A stretch of 64,000 nt of DNA from an uncultured Gammaproteobacteria bacterium (GTDB lineage Bacteria; Pseudomonadota; Gammaproteobacteria; Arenicellales; CAJQKF01): positions 33,041 to 97,040 of the forward strand of contig CBFGVH010000001.1 of the NCBI GenBank assembly GCA_965652415.1, written 5' to 3'. Positions 19,308 to 28,750 of the stretch are shown piece by piece. The translations under genes were made by a program, and so were the position numbers. The notes under the pieces were generated by a model. The model was given only the letters and a program-made list of their open reading frames with translations. It ran no database searches and was not told where the DNA came from. Position 1 is the first letter of the stretch; the number at the start of each line of letters is the position of its first letter.

Positions 19308-19395
19308 TATAGATTATGCGTAATTACACCGATTTCTGCTCCGACCTCAACACTCTCTCTTATCTCATTATTTTTCTGGGCTAATCCCCGTTTTC

Positions 19396-20928
19396 CTAAA
19401 CTAGTTTCTCAATCTCCTCCTTCCGTCTCCTCACGAACGACTCCAGCTCCTCGCGCACCCCTTCATCGATCGTCGGCTGCTCGTACTCCTCGAGCGCGCG
19501 CTGCCAGATCCGCGTCGCTCGGCCGCGCGCGTCGACACCGCCGGTTTCGATCCACGACTCCCGCGTGCTCCACTGAGACAGGAGCGGCCTGTAGAACGCG
19601 TGCTCGTAGCGCGCCAACGTGTGCGGATGCCCGAAAAAGTGTCCCCCCGACGGCGTCTCGGCGATGGCATCGAGCCCGAGCGTGTCCGCGTCGATCGCCG
19701 GCGGCGCCAGTGCCAGGCTCACCGACTGGAGCAGTTCGACATCGAGAACGATCTTCTCGAGGCTGGCGGTGAGCCCGCCTTCCATCCAGCCGGCGCCGTG
19801 GTAGATCTCGTTGACGTGCGCCAGCATGGCGCTCCACACCGAGCTGGCCGATTCGAATGCTGCCTGGGCGTCCACCGTGTTGCTGGCCGACGCATTGCTG
19901 GCCCGGAACGGCAAGCTGTAGTAACGCGCAAGCTGGGCGCCGGCAATGGTCGCCTGGGCGTTCTCCGGTGTGCCGAATGCCGGGAAGCCGGAACGCATGT
20001 CCACGTTGGACGTGAAACCGCCGTATACCACCGGCGTACCCGCCCGCACGGCCTGCGCGAGGCAGATCCCCGCCAGCGCCTCGGCATTCTGCTGAACGAG
20101 GCCCGCCGCCACCGTCGCCGGCGCCATCGCACCCATTAGGGTGAACGGCGTGACAACCACCGGCTGTCCCCATTCGGCCATGGCCATGAGGCCGTCCGAC
20201 ATCGCCTCGTCGAAGCGCTTCGGCGAGTTCACCGAGATGATCGTCAGCACCGCCGGAGAACCGACCAGTTCCTCACGCGTCAAGCCGCGAGCGATGGCGG
20301 CCATGTCGATGCCGTCGAGGGCGCGGGCAGACCCGATCGCCGTCAGGTGGAATACCTTGTCCGACCAGAGGATGTTGGCCAGGTAGCAGTCGAGGTGGCG
20401 GGATTCGGCCGGCAGTTCCACCGGCGCCGTCGGCTGGTTGCCGATGGCGTGGATCACGTTGAAGAACTGCGCGAGACGAACCAGTGTGACGTAGTCGTCG
20501 AGATTGCCCGAACGGTGTCCGTGCACCTCGTCATGGACCGCGGGCGGGCCGGCGACCAGGGTAGCGAAGCCCAGGCGTCCTCCAACGCTGATCGCGCGCG
20601 CGGCGTTGCGCGGCGTGACGACGAACCGCGGCGGTGCGTGCGAGAGAAGCTCGGCAACCAGGTTGCGATCGAAACGCACGCACCCGCTCGCCTCGTCGAC
20701 ATCGGCGCCGGCGCGGCGCAGCGCGGCGCGGGCACGGGCGCCCATAAACTCGATGCCGGTGCCTTCGAGCAGTGTCAGCGAGCCGTGATGGATTGCCTCG
20801 ACCTGGTCCGCGGACAGGTTCTCGAGAGGTTCGAGACGGTACTCGAACTGCGAGGGCGCCAGCTGCGGCAACCGGCCGGAATTCGGTTCGGCGCGCCGGC
20901 GGGCGCCGCGTCTGCGTCTTTCGGTCAC
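19396..20928 (-). CDS. MttB-superfamily (trimethylamine methyltransferase-like, non-pyrrolysine) methyltransferase
   Basis: 510 aa, with COG5598-like sequence throughout (..LSADQVEAIHHGSLTLLEGTGIEF.., ..FHLTAIGSARALDG..). No in-frame TAG. Confidence 0.8.
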   Translation of the reverse strand: MTERRRRGARRRAEPNSGRLPQLAPSQFEYRLEPLENLSADQVEAIHHGSLTLLEGTGIEFMGARARAALRRAGADVDEASGCVRFDRNLVAELLSHAPPRFVVTPRNAARAISVGGRLGFATLVAGPPAVHDEVHGHRSGNLDDYVTLVRLAQFFNVIHAIGNQPTAPVELPAESRHLDCYLANILWSDKVFHLTAIGSARALDGIDMAAIARGLTREELVGSPAVLTIISVNSPKRFDEAMSDGLMAMAEWGQPVVVTPFTLMGAMAPATVAAGLVQQNAEALAGICLAQAVRAGTPVVYGGFTSNVDMRSGFPAFGTPENAQATIAGAQLARYYSLPFRASNASASNTVDAQAAFESASSVWSAMLAHVNEIYHGAGWMEGGLTASLEKIVLDVELLQSVSLALAPPAIDADTLGLDAIAETPSGGHFFGHPHTLARYEHAFYRPLLSQWSTRESWIETGGVDARGRATRIWQRALEEYEQPTIDEGVREELESFVRRRKEEIEKLV

Positions 20929-21029
20929 GGGGTCCTCCTTGTGCCGGGGCAGTGTATCCGATACCGCCCCCCGCCGGCATCGCGCCCCGCCCTGCTCCGC
21001 CGGCGCCCGATGACGGTCCTGCGGGGGCG

Positions 21030-22031
21030 TCAGCGCGTGCGCCGTTCCCGGTAGGCGATGAAAAGACCGCTGCCGACGACCACCGCCGCACCAACAACAT
21101 CAAGCACCGACAGGACTTCCCCGAACACAAGGTATCCGACGGCGATGGCCCACACCAGGAGAAAGTAGTTGAACGGCTGCAGGACAACGGCGGGAGCCCA
21201 TTGCAGCGCCTTGATCAGAAGCACGTGGCCGCTGATCCCGGTAAGGGTCAGCACGCCCAGCCAGGCGATCTCCTCGCCGGTCAGGGCGCGCCAGAAAAAC
21301 GGCGCTGCCAGCGCGGAGGCCATGAGCCCGACCACGCCGAAGTACAACAGAGAAGTCTCGACACGGTCGCGCGCCGCGACCTTGCGCGTGAGCACGTTGT
21401 ACAGGGCGAACAGCAGCGCCGCGGCCAGGGCGATGAGGCCTTCGATGCGGAACACGCCCCCGCCGGGGTTAAGGATCAGGACCGTCCCGACAAAACCCAG
21501 CGCCACCGCGAGCCAGCGGCGCCAGCCCACGCGCTCGCCGAGCAGCGGCGCCGACAATGCCGTGACCATGAGCGGGAAGCAGGCGAACAGCACGTGGGTC
21601 TCGGCCACCCCGAGGTAGCGAAGCGCCAGCGCGAAAACCGCGATTTCGGCGACGATGAGCAGGCCCCTGAGCCACTGCAGCACGCCGTTATGGGTCACGA
21701 GCGCCATGCGCACGCCCCCCGCGCGCGCCGCGAAGACGACGGCGAACAGGCTGAAGAACACGAACCTGACGAAGACGATCTGGGCGATCGACACGGTGGC
21801 CGTCAGGTGCTTGGTGATGGCGTCCTGGCTGGCAAACAGGAACGTGGCGGCGAGGGTGGCGGCGACGCCCTTGAGGATCTGGTCGGAAGAGTCGTGCGAC
21901 ACGGCTGCCTGCGCGGGTTCGGTTGGCGGCGCGCCACCGGGCGCGAGCGGCGGCAGTATAGACACATGACGCCCGCGGCGGAACCGGCCGACGGCGGCGG
22001 GTCGCAAATCGGCCGCGGCAATTGCGAACAC
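21030..22031 (-). CDS. DMT-superfamily (EamA) transporter
   Basis: Ten-TM EamA-type repeats. The real start is probably the internal GTG at 21902 (about 291 aa), because the first ~43 codons are R/P/A-rich. Confidence 0.8.
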   Translation of the reverse strand: MFAIAAADLRPAAVGRFRRGRHVSILPPLAPGGAPPTEPAQAAVSHDSSDQILKGVAATLAATFLFASQDAITKHLTATVSIAQIVFVRFVFFSLFAVVFAARAGGVRMALVTHNGVLQWLRGLLIVAEIAVFALALRYLGVAETHVLFACFPLMVTALSAPLLGERVGWRRWLAVALGFVGTVLILNPGGGVFRIEGLIALAAALLFALYNVLTRKVAARDRVETSLLYFGVVGLMASALAAPFFWRALTGEEIAWLGVLTLTGISGHVLLIKALQWAPAVVLQPFNYFLLVWAIAVGYLVFGEVLSVLDVVGAAVVVGSGLFIAYRERRTR

Positions 22032-22150
22032 GCGCGGCCCCGGCGTACCATCGCCCTGCTGAGCGCACGCCGAGTGGGGGGGTCACCGAAAGATGTGGTG
22101 AATCCGGCGCACGCGTGAGCGACCATTTCCGCGGTGGAGTACCCGATATC

Positions 22151-22591
22151 ATGCGCATACTGTCCGATTTCCTCGTTCGCTTCCTCGTCGTCGCGTCCGT
22201 CGCCGCCCTGCCCGGCTGCGCGCAAGTCCGCAAGGCCACCTACCCCGAGGATTTCGTGTACCTGAGCCGTGACGACGTCAGCACCCGGATGCACCGGATC
22301 GCGGGGGAAATGGCCGCCCTCGACGATCTGCTGGCGACGCTGTCCGACGAGTCCGACAGCGCGGACGTCGCCCGGCAGATGACCGGCCGGATCGACCGGA
22401 TGGAAAGTATCGTTCGTGAACTGGGCCTGGGGGCGGCGGGCACCAACCACCTGCTGATCGATGCCCACCTCGACCAGTTCATCACCGATCTCGAGGAAAC
22501 CCGCCTGATGCTCGCCGCCACGCCGCCGCGTTTTCACGAAGTCGGAAAGCTGGTGGGAAGCTGCAATGCGTGCCACCGGTTCCGCGAGTAG
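22151..22591 (+). CDS. lipoprotein with a C-terminal CXXCH haem-binding motif (class II cytochrome c / cytochrome c'-like)
   Basis: Lipobox VAALPGCA, a predicted helical body, and CNACH 8 residues from the C-terminus. Start is at ATG 22151. Confidence 0.5.
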   Translation: MRILSDFLVRFLVVASVAALPGCAQVRKATYPEDFVYLSRDDVSTRMHRIAGEMAALDDLLATLSDESDSADVARQMTGRIDRMESIVRELGLGAAGTNHLLIDAHLDQFITDLEETRLMLAATPPRFHEVGKLVGSCNACHRFRE

Positions 22592-22665
22592 GCGTTTCGC
22601 CGCACGACACCACGATGGGGTGAACGGCGGCGAACCGGAGCTTTGCCGGGCGGCATGATCCGTCG

Positions 22666-23715
22666 ATGGTCCCAGCGCCGCCCGATCGAGGAAGAAACAT
22701 GCCAGCCAACGGACAGACAGCACTGCCGGCACAGGGAACTCGCCGCATCGTATTCCTTCTGATCCCGAACTACTCGATGATCGCCTTCTCGTGCGCCATC
22801 GAGCCGCTGAGAATGGCGAACTGGCTCACGGGCCGAACCTTGTACGAACCCGTGATCGCCACCGCCGGCGGCATGCCCGTGCTCGCCAGCAACGCACTGG
22901 CCGTGTCACCCTGCACCGACATCGACCAGGTACGCACGGCCGATATCGTGTTCGTCTGCGGCGGTATCGACCCGGACGTATCCCTGGTCCCCCGCATCAA
23001 GCCTGCACTCAAGGAGCTGTCGCGCCGCAAGGCGGCGCTCGGCGGAATCTGCACCGGCAGCTACCTGCTGGCGAAGGCGGGATTCCTCAACGGCTACCGC
23101 TGCACCATCCACTGGGAAAGCATCAACGCGATGTACGACGAGTTTCCGCAACTGGTCGTCTCCTCGGACCTGTTCGAACTCGACCGGGACCGCTTCACCT
23201 GCTCCGGCGGTTCCGCGCCGCTCGACATGATGCTCACGCTGATCGGCCGCGACCACGGCGGCGAGCTGGCGACCTCCATCGCGGAGATGTTCGTCTGCGA
23301 GCGGATTCGCGGGGTTCACGATCGCCAGCGCATCCCGCTCAAGCAGCGCTTCGGTTCCAGTCAGCCGAAGCTGACGGAGGCGGTGGAACTGATGGAAGCC
23401 AACATCGAGGAACCGATGAGCCTGGACGAGCTCTCCAGCCACGTCGGCATCTCGCGCCGCCAGCTCGAACGCCTGTTCCAGAAGCACCTGAACTGCGTGC
23501 CCACGCGCTACTACCTCGACCTTCGACTGAGGCGAGCGCGCGAATTGCTGCTGAGGTCGAACAAGTCGATCGTCGACATCGCCTTCTCCTGCGGCTTCGT
23601 CTCGGCGCCGCACTTCAGCAAGTGCTACCGCGACTTCTTCCACATCTCGCCGCGCGAAGAGCGCCGCAACGCCGGCTTCAAGTCGAGCGAAATGGAAGCG
23701 ATCACCCAGAAGTGA
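22666..23715 (+). CDS. GlxA-family transcriptional regulator (DJ-1/PfpI-like domain + AraC HTH; GbdR/CdhR-like)
   Basis: N-terminal IVFLLIPNYSMIAF.., IVFVCGG and GICTGSYLLA; C-terminal AraC HTH (LDELSSHVGISRRQLERLF..FSCGFVSAPHFSKCYR). The start may be the ATG at 22699. Confidence 0.85.
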   Translation: MVPAPPDRGRNMPANGQTALPAQGTRRIVFLLIPNYSMIAFSCAIEPLRMANWLTGRTLYEPVIATAGGMPVLASNALAVSPCTDIDQVRTADIVFVCGGIDPDVSLVPRIKPALKELSRRKAALGGICTGSYLLAKAGFLNGYRCTIHWESINAMYDEFPQLVVSSDLFELDRDRFTCSGGSAPLDMMLTLIGRDHGGELATSIAEMFVCERIRGVHDRQRIPLKQRFGSSQPKLTEAVELMEANIEEPMSLDELSSHVGISRRQLERLFQKHLNCVPTRYYLDLRLRRARELLLRSNKSIVDIAFSCGFVSAPHFSKCYRDFFHISPREERRNAGFKSSEMEAITQK

Positions 23716-23737
23716 CCTTTCCCCGACGTCCGTGGTT

Positions 23738-26461
23738 TCAATAACCCGGGTGTCGGTCGTACCGCTCCCGGGCGGAGATGATGTGCCAGTCGCGTTCACC
23801 TCCGACGAACTCAACGGTCGCGCGCAGCACGCCGAGGCGGTTGAACACGATACCGCGGGCGCCCTGCGGATCGATCCTGAGTTTCGCCGCGATCTGCAGG
23901 TTCTCGCCGACGATGTCGAGGTCGTTGAGCACGAGGGCGTCCGCCGTGACCGCGACCTTCCCGGAGCCCTGCACATTGCGCACCGAAAGCGCATCGTCGA
24001 TCCACTTGATTGCCGCATACCTGCCCGCCAGCAGCTCGACCAGAGGACCCGACGACGTCATGTCGAGGCGCACGCTGGCATCCAGCGCGACCGGCGCCGT
24101 CCAGTGCAGCTCGCCGCGCTCGAAACGGAACAGCGTTGACCAGTCGGCCAGCGTCCTGCCGTCCGGGTAGACGAGGTTGTGCACGCGCAGGGCGCTGCCG
24201 TCGAGACGGAACCTGCGCGCGCGCCCGCTGCCGCCCGACAGCTCCAGCTCGAGGTCCACGTCGAAGCCGAGCTCGATGCCGTTGATCACCGCGGCGACGG
24301 ACGGCGCCTGCACGTGGACGTGCCCCTGCGCGCGATCGCCGCTCAGGTGGAAACGGCTTTCCACCTGCCCCCGACCGGACACGAGGCGCATGATCCCGTC
24401 GCGGGGCAGGTACATGTTGTATACCGTGATGTCCGGCACCTCGGCGCGGGCGATGGCGACGTCGATATCGACGTCGTCAAGCGGCTCGGTCACGTCCGGT
24501 ATTCGGCCGCTCACGTCGATGCTGACGCTCGGCGCCTTGACGAATACCCCGCTCGAGCCGTCGCGCCGCACGGCGACGTCCTCGATGGCGGCGGCAACCT
24601 CGATGTGGCGACCGGATTGCCGCTCGCCGAACCTGGCCGCGAGACTGCCACGGCCCCGGGTTTCGAAGTCGAGAAAGTGCGCGGCCAGCCGATCGGAATC
24701 GAATCGGACCTCGCTGCCGGGGCGGATCGTGCCCGCGGCCATTTCCAGGTCGGCACTGAACGCGCCGGGCCCCGTGAATCGCAACTGCTCGCGGTCGCTC
24801 AGCAGGTAGTCGAGGAACTCGATGTCGCTGATGGTGCCGGCAAGGCGCAGGGCGCCGTCGGTGAAGTCGACGAGTGTCGACAGTCGATTCGCGGCCCGCT
24901 CCGATCCCTCACCGACCGCGCCCGACCGCTCCTTCGGCAGCGCGCCCTCGCGCAGCCGCACGTGCCCGGCCTCGATGTCGATTCGTCCCTGCCACGGTTC
25001 GAGCCGGGACTCGCCGTCGTCGATCGCCGCGTCGCGGATCTCCAGGTGCGTGCCGCCGATGGCCACCCGTCGCAGGTCGGGATCGGCGGCGAGGGCAAGG
25101 GAAACCGCGAAGGCGCCGCGCAGGGGCCGGCCCCTGAGTTTCACCCGCAGATCGTCCGACTCGACGTCGATCCCACCCTGCATTCGTCCGTCGTCCCACG
25201 CCAGTTCACCGGCAAGCTCGCCGCTACCGGCCTCGACCACCACCCGCATCGACGGAGGAATGAAGCGATTGAGCACGGACACGTCCGGTATGCGGCCTCG
25301 AGGTATTTCGGCCTCGACACGGAAACTCTCGAGCGGCGTTCCAATCGACAGATCGTCCGCCAGCACCGTGATGTCGAGCCGCTCGGTCAGTGCGAGCGGG
25401 CCGTCGAGTTCGCGATGAGCCAATTCCAACCCTTCGACCTCGACGCTCATCAGTCGCGACGGCGCATCGTCGGCGGGGCTTTGAGGATGCACCCGGATCC
25501 GGGTCGCCCCCGCCAGGCGCATCACACCGGCGCCGAAAACGATTCGATCCGAATCGATGAATGCGTCCGTGCCCGGAACCAGCCGACCATGGTCGACCAC
25601 CAGCCTTCCTCCCAATGTTCCTTCGCCGACCAGGCCGTCCCAGTGCTCTCGGGAGCCGGTCCTCAGGTAGAAATTGAGCACGTCGAGGCTGGAGAGCTTT
25701 CCCGACACGCGGCCTTCGACGCTGATGTACGGCAGCTTGTCGAGGCCGCGATGGAAGTACGGATACAGATCGTCCACCTGGAAGTCGCCCTGCGCGCGGG
25801 CATCGGCCAGCAGCGGCTCGTCGTTGACCGAGCCTTCGATGGACTCGACGAGGAAGCGCCCTTCGTCTATGCGCAGCCGCTCGCGCGTGCGCCACGAAAG
25901 CGCGCCGTCGATGCTTCCGCGCCCCGAGAACCGGTAGTTGCCGAGCGCCAGCCGGTAGGCTCCGCTCGCCGCCGCATCACGAAGGACCACGGTCCAGCCC
26001 GGCCGGAACGGTCCCGCCTCGACGGGCGATTCGGGCATCAACGGCTCGGTACCGGGAATCTCCGGGAAGAACGGCAGCTCGTCATCGCGCGCCCGCCGCA
26101 CCATAGACGCCGGCCGGACGCTGCTCGATATGTCGGCGAGATGGGCGAAATGGACGACGAGCATTCGAGACGGTAGACCCATCGGCGACAACCAGCCCGA
26201 GAAGCTCCCGATCTCGGTGCGGCTCTGCAGGCGCAGGCTGTCGGTGGTGATGACCAGAGCCGTGCCCGATACGTAACCAGGAATCCAGCTGCGCGCGCCT
26301 TGCCAGTCGAGCGTGGTATGCGCCAGTCGCCGGTTGATCTCGTCGCGGAGCCAGTGTCCGGACAGGAGCGCGTTGGCGGCGACAACATAGAGCAGCTCCA
26401 CGACCGCTAGCACCGCCGCGATGCGCGCCGCCCGGCGCGGCCACGTCGAACGGGCCGTCAT
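23738..26461 (-). CDS. large membrane-anchored hypothetical protein, AsmA/TamB-like architecture
   Basis: 907 aa. An N-terminal TM anchor (IAAVLAVVELLYVVAANALL) is followed by a long D/R/G/V-rich region that looks beta-rich. No catalytic motifs recognised. Confidence 0.45.
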   Translation of the reverse strand: MTARSTWPRRAARIAAVLAVVELLYVVAANALLSGHWLRDEINRRLAHTTLDWQGARSWIPGYVSGTALVITTDSLRLQSRTEIGSFSGWLSPMGLPSRMLVVHFAHLADISSSVRPASMVRRARDDELPFFPEIPGTEPLMPESPVEAGPFRPGWTVVLRDAAASGAYRLALGNYRFSGRGSIDGALSWRTRERLRIDEGRFLVESIEGSVNDEPLLADARAQGDFQVDDLYPYFHRGLDKLPYISVEGRVSGKLSSLDVLNFYLRTGSREHWDGLVGEGTLGGRLVVDHGRLVPGTDAFIDSDRIVFGAGVMRLAGATRIRVHPQSPADDAPSRLMSVEVEGLELAHRELDGPLALTERLDITVLADDLSIGTPLESFRVEAEIPRGRIPDVSVLNRFIPPSMRVVVEAGSGELAGELAWDDGRMQGGIDVESDDLRVKLRGRPLRGAFAVSLALAADPDLRRVAIGGTHLEIRDAAIDDGESRLEPWQGRIDIEAGHVRLREGALPKERSGAVGEGSERAANRLSTLVDFTDGALRLAGTISDIEFLDYLLSDREQLRFTGPGAFSADLEMAAGTIRPGSEVRFDSDRLAAHFLDFETRGRGSLAARFGERQSGRHIEVAAAIEDVAVRRDGSSGVFVKAPSVSIDVSGRIPDVTEPLDDVDIDVAIARAEVPDITVYNMYLPRDGIMRLVSGRGQVESRFHLSGDRAQGHVHVQAPSVAAVINGIELGFDVDLELELSGGSGRARRFRLDGSALRVHNLVYPDGRTLADWSTLFRFERGELHWTAPVALDASVRLDMTSSGPLVELLAGRYAAIKWIDDALSVRNVQGSGKVAVTADALVLNDLDIVGENLQIAAKLRIDPQGARGIVFNRLGVLRATVEFVGGERDWHIISARERYDRHPGY

Positions 26462-26579
26462 TGCCCTGCCCCGTCCGCAGGGCGTCCTGAAGCCGCCGCA
26501 CGGCCGTCACGGTGCCGACGCGGCAGCCGCGCGGGCCTAGCGCCGGGAACGCCGCAGGTGGAGATGGACCGGCCGTCGA

Positions 26580-27428
26580 TCAGTGGCAGAACAGGACCGG
26601 GAGCGTGGACCGTGAAAAGATGTCGCTGGTGGCCCCGCCGAAGATCAATGCGCGCAGGCGGCTGTGGGTATAGGCCCCCTTGACGATGAGGTCGGCGTTG
26701 ACGTTGGCGGCATATCCCATGATGGCGTCGGCCACCGAGCCTTCCGGGGGCCCGAGGGACTCCGCCGAGGCGTTGACGCCGCCCGCCTTGAGCGCGCACG
26801 CCACCTGGCTGGCGGTCGGGCCGGACACCATGCCCCCCTCCACTTCGATGACGTGCACCTCCCGCGCCGCCCTCAGCAGGGACCCGGACATGCCGATGGC
26901 GCGGGCGGTTTCGCTGCTGCCGTTCCAGGCAATCACCATGACGCGGCCGAACTCCTCGGGCAGCTGGTCGCTGACCAGCAGCAGCGGCCGGCCGCCCTCG
27001 AACAGCACCGTTTCGCACGTGGTGCGCCACTCCGTGCTCTTCTCGGGCACGGGTCGGTGCATCACCGAGATGTCGAATATGCGGGCCAGTTCCGCCAGCG
27101 CCACAGCGCCCGTGCCCTGCAGTTCCATCCATGCCGCCCGCGGCTCCGAGCGGTCCCAGGCATCCATCTCGCCGAGCGGCACGCCGAGTTGCTCGATCCG
27201 CTTGATGAACACCGCCCGTGAATACTCGGCCAGTTCGCGCTCCTCCTGCTCGAACTGCGACAGGTACTCGGCCGGCAGCGTGATGCCCTCGCCGGCGATG
27301 ATCGGCAGGGTCTGCTGACACCAGACCGCCTGCACGAACCCGCAGGTCTGGCGCGCCAGTCGTACCGCCGCGTCGATCAGCGACTCGGACGGCGAGATGC
27401 CGTTCAGGGGAATGAGTATGGTTTTCAT
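26580..27428 (-). CDS. universal stress protein (tandem USP domains)
   Basis: MKTILIPLNG.. and C-terminal ..DLIVKGAYTHSRLRALIFGGATSDIFSRSTLPVLFCH; 282 aa. Confidence 0.85.
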   Translation of the reverse strand: MKTILIPLNGISPSESLIDAAVRLARQTCGFVQAVWCQQTLPIIAGEGITLPAEYLSQFEQEERELAEYSRAVFIKRIEQLGVPLGEMDAWDRSEPRAAWMELQGTGAVALAELARIFDISVMHRPVPEKSTEWRTTCETVLFEGGRPLLLVSDQLPEEFGRVMVIAWNGSSETARAIGMSGSLLRAAREVHVIEVEGGMVSGPTASQVACALKAGGVNASAESLGPPEGSVADAIMGYAANVNADLIVKGAYTHSRLRALIFGGATSDIFSRSTLPVLFCH

Positions 27429-27524
27429 GGGACGAACCCTCCGCGAAAATGCAATGCTCCGACCGGCGCCCGCAAGCGGGCAGCGACCCTCTACAGCGGT
27501 TACGATACCATCGAATCGATCAGT

Positions 27525-28628
27525 TTAGATCACCTCGTCGAGGGCCTCGCCGAGCACTTCCCGGCGCCAGCCGAAGTCCAGTCTGCCAGGTCGGCCGAGA
27601 ACCAGCGCTTCGAGATCGGCGCGCGTCGCCAGCACGGCCGGGCTGACTGAACGGTCCCGGCAGAACGCCCGCACCCGGCCGGAAAGCCGCTTGGCCAAGG
27701 CGCGCTGCTCCGCCGACATCTCGACGCGCGGCTCCCAGATCGGCGCAGCTGGTGAATCTCCGGCGTTCGACGAAACGATGTCGAGGAGCACGTCCGCGTA
27801 CCGGGAGACGCGATCGGGGTGCGAGACGGCAATCGAGCGCAGCCTGGCGGCGCTGGTCGGCGCATGGCGTGCAATACTGACGAGATCGGCGCCAGGCACG
27901 ATCCATTCGCGCGGGCGGTTGCGCCGTTGTGCCTCCCCTTCCCGCCACAGTACGAGCGCGCGCAGCAAACCCTGGCGTTCCACGGGGACCGACGCACCGG
28001 CCTTGAACCGGGCCACGACATCGGAACCGGCATCGCCGCGATACTGGTCGAGCAGCTCTCCACACGCGTGCTCCAGCCACTTCCGCTTGCCCTGGTGCTC
28101 CAGCTCCCCGGACAAGACTTCCTTGATATCAAGCAGATACGCCACATCGGCAAAGGCGTACTCGACCTGCGCGGCACTGAGCGGCCGGCGGCTCCAGTCG
28201 GTCCGCGTGGCCCCCTTGGCCAGTTCGACGCCGAACAGCGACTGCACGAGTGCCGCGTAGCTGACCTGTTCACCGCGACCGAGCAGCGCGGCAGCGATCT
28301 GGGTGTCGAAAAGCGTCTCGGGCAGGAACTCGAGTGAACCCTTGAGCACCTCGAGATCCTGGGCGGCCGAGTGAATACACAGGTTCCCGCGGCAGCGGCC
28401 GAGTCCATCGGAAAGGATTTCGGGCTCGACGCTCATCGGATCGATGCAGGCGAGCCGCCCACCGGGAAGCGCGGCCTGAACCAGGCACAGGCCGGGGTAG
28501 TAGGTGTCCACGCGCATGAACTCGGTGTCGAGCCCGACATGCGCCTGCGCGCCCGCCTCCTCGAGAAACGACCGCGCGAGCGCGCCGTCGGTGATCACCA
28601 GCCTCTGCTTCGTGTTGCCCCGCGTCAT
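27525..28628 (-). CDS. rnd: ribonuclease D
   Basis: DEDD exonuclease motifs (VGLDTEF.., YAFADVAYL) plus an HRDC-like C-terminus. Start is at ATG 28628 (367 aa). Confidence 0.85.
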   Translation of the reverse strand: MTRGNTKQRLVITDGALARSFLEEAGAQAHVGLDTEFMRVDTYYPGLCLVQAALPGGRLACIDPMSVEPEILSDGLGRCRGNLCIHSAAQDLEVLKGSLEFLPETLFDTQIAAALLGRGEQVSYAALVQSLFGVELAKGATRTDWSRRPLSAAQVEYAFADVAYLLDIKEVLSGELEHQGKRKWLEHACGELLDQYRGDAGSDVVARFKAGASVPVERQGLLRALVLWREGEAQRRNRPREWIVPGADLVSIARHAPTSAARLRSIAVSHPDRVSRYADVLLDIVSSNAGDSPAAPIWEPRVEMSAEQRALAKRLSGRVRAFCRDRSVSPAVLATRADLEALVLGRPGRLDFGWRREVLGEALDEVI

Positions 28629-28750
28629 GACGGCAATGGTATCATTGCGCACGGCCCGCTTCGTGAAGGATATCCCGCGCGCGGGCCGTGCCCTGGTCCG
28701 CTTCTTGGCGAACAACGAATCTCCTTCCCGGTCCCGATCTCCCCGACAAG

